Shown: piece by piece, positions 44,518 through 45,682 of the stretch | How positions within the stretch are numbered: the stretch's first letter is position 1 | Layout of the letters: each line of letters begins with the position of its first letter | Assembly (NCBI GenBank): GCA_005877505.1 | Contig: VBOO01000001.1 | Location: 1-45,682, forward strand | Length of the DNA stretch: 45,682 nucleotides | DNA from: Nitrospirota bacterium | GTDB taxonomy: Bacteria; Nitrospirota; Nitrospiria; Nitrospirales; NS-4 | Reading direction: 5' to 3' | Program-made: the position numbers and the translations under genes | Notes under the pieces: model-generated | The model's input: the letters and a program-made list of their open reading frames with translations, nothing else | Databases searched by the model: none | Told to the model about the DNA's origin: nothing

Positions 44518-45682
44518 TCAGCGATTCATGGAGTCCAAGAAATCCTTGTTCGTCTTGGTGCCCCCGAGCTTGTCCATCAAAAATTCCATGGCCTCCACGG
44601 ACCCCAGCGGGCTGAGGACCTTACGGAGGATCCACATCTTGTTCAGCCGCTCGCGGTCCACCAACAGCTCTTCCTTGCGGGTGCCCGAGGCCGCTATCTC
44701 GATCGCCGGGAAGATCCGCTTGTCGGCCAGGCGCCGATCGAGATGGACTTCCATATTCCCGGTCCCCTTGAACTCCTCGAAGATCACGTCGTCCATGCGG
44801 CTGCCGGTGTCCACGATGGCCGTAGCCATGATCGTCAGGCTGCCGCCGTCCTCGATGTTCCGGGCCGCGCCGAAGAACCGCTTGGGGCGCTGCAGCGCGT
44901 TGGAGTCCAAGCCGCCGGAGAGGACCTTGCCGCTGGGCGGGGCAATCGTGTTGTAGGCGCGGGCCAGCCGCGTGAGGCTGTCGAGCAGGATCACCACGTC
45001 GCGCTTGTGCTCGGTCAGCCGCTTCGCCTTCTCGATGACCATTTCGGCCACCTGGGCATGGCGCTGGGCCGGCTCGTCAAAGGTGGAGCTGATGACCTCG
45101 GCCTTGACCTGGCGCTGCCAGTCGGTGACCTCTTCGGGCCGCTCGTCGATCAGCAGGACGATCAGGACGATCTCGGGGTGGTTCTTGAGGATCCCCCGGG
45201 CGATCGCCTGCAGCATCATGGTCTTGCCGGTCCTGGGAGCCGCCACGATCAGCCCGCGTTGGCCCTTGCCGATCGGGGTGATGAGTTCCATGACGCGGGT
45301 GCAGTACTCGTTCGGATCGTGCTCTAGATTGATCCGCTCCTCCGGATAGAGCGGGGTCAGGTTGTCGAACAGGATCTTGTCGCGCGCGACTTCGGGGTCC
45401 TCGTAATTGATCTTCTCGACCTTGAGCAGGGCGAAGTACCGTTCGCTCTCCTTGGGCGGGCGGATCTGGCCGGACACGATATCGCCGGTTCTCAGATTGA
45501 AGCGTCGGATCTGTGATGGGGAGATGTAGATGTCGTCCGGTCCGGGAAGGTAGTTGGAGTCGGGAGCCCGAAGAAACCCGAAGCCGTCTGGGAGCGTCTC
45601 CAGCACTCCTTCTCCATATATGATCCCGTTCTTTTCGGTCTGGGCCTGGAGAATGGCGAAGATCAGCTCCTGCTTGCGCAGG
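44518..45682 (-). CDS. rho: transcription termination factor Rho (5' end outside window)
   Basis: RNA-binding GFGFLR, Walker A PRTGKT, and the Rho C-terminal domain. The frame stays open upstream of the ORF-track start to the window edge (…[27 protein letters not shown]). Confidence 0.95.
   Translation of the reverse strand, partial: LRKQELIFAILQAQTEKNGIIYGEGVLETLPDGFGFLRAPDSNYLPGPDDIYISPSQIRRFNLRTGDIVSGQIRPPKESERYFALLKVEKINYEDPEVARDKILFDNLTPLYPEERINLEHDPNEYCTRVMELITPIGKGQRGLIVAAPRTGKTMMLQAIARGILKNHPEIVLIVLLIDERPEEVTDWQRQVKAEVISSTFDEPAQRHAQVAEMVIEKAKRLTEHKRDVVILLDSLTRLARAYNTIAPPSGKVLSGGLDSNALQRPKRFFGAARNIEDGGSLTIMATAIVDTGSRMDDVIFEEFKGTGNMEVHLDRRLADKRIFPAIEIAASGTRKEELLVDRERLNKMWILRKVLSPLGSVEAMEFLMDKLGGTKTNKDFLDSMNR

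Overview
45.7-kb GC-rich bacterial chromosomal window made up mostly of housekeeping operons. Minus strand 118-6845 carries ilvB-ilvN-ilvC-psd-pssA-leuA. 7.0-16.9 kb holds a formimidoyltransferase-cyclodeaminase plus a YpsA-like SLOG protein, a Spy-like lipoprotein/Zn-ribbon pair, and a PEP-mutase/isocitrate-lyase family enzyme. It also holds a translationally coupled DUF1284-hypothetical-aldo/keto reductase-DCC thiol oxidoreductase operon with a divergent glutaredoxin, a TPR/HEXXH protein, a cytochrome P460-like haem protein and a Usp. 16.9-23.1 kb is the only clearly accessory patch. There the RNase P RNA gene (rnpB, 22651-23063, minus) is followed downstream by two cassettes: an AbrB/PIN pair, and five exported proteins including a DUF3365 haem-c protein and a trypsin-FGE fusion. 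Each cassette ends in a partial copy of the rnpB 3' end. 23.2-29.3 kb is a porin-DUF47-PiT-PhoB/PhoR-like cluster whose response regulator is broken by an internal deletion/frameshift, plus a short RNase HIII. 29.4-34.2 kb has a COG1579 Zn-ribbon protein, tRNA(CAU), rpoD, and dnaG split by a 47-bp tandem duplication. 34.5-45.7 kb has rho(partial)-rpmE, a terminator, then prfA-prmC-murA-hisG-hisD-hisB-hisH-lipoprotein-hisA-hisF-hisIE-HIT with almost every junction overlapping. The noncoding DNA is the most unusual part. At least four families of structured repeats occupy nearly every intergenic gap inside the operons: a ~234-bp MITE-like element with terminal inverted repeats, a ~237-bp second element, a 28-bp perfect palindrome, and nested CCCTCACC/GGGAGAGG palindromes. 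I saw no CRISPR array, transposase, integrase, reverse transcriptase or recognised defence system. Lineage cannot be proven from the window; the gene content is reminiscent of Nitrospirota/NC10-type bacteria (low confidence).
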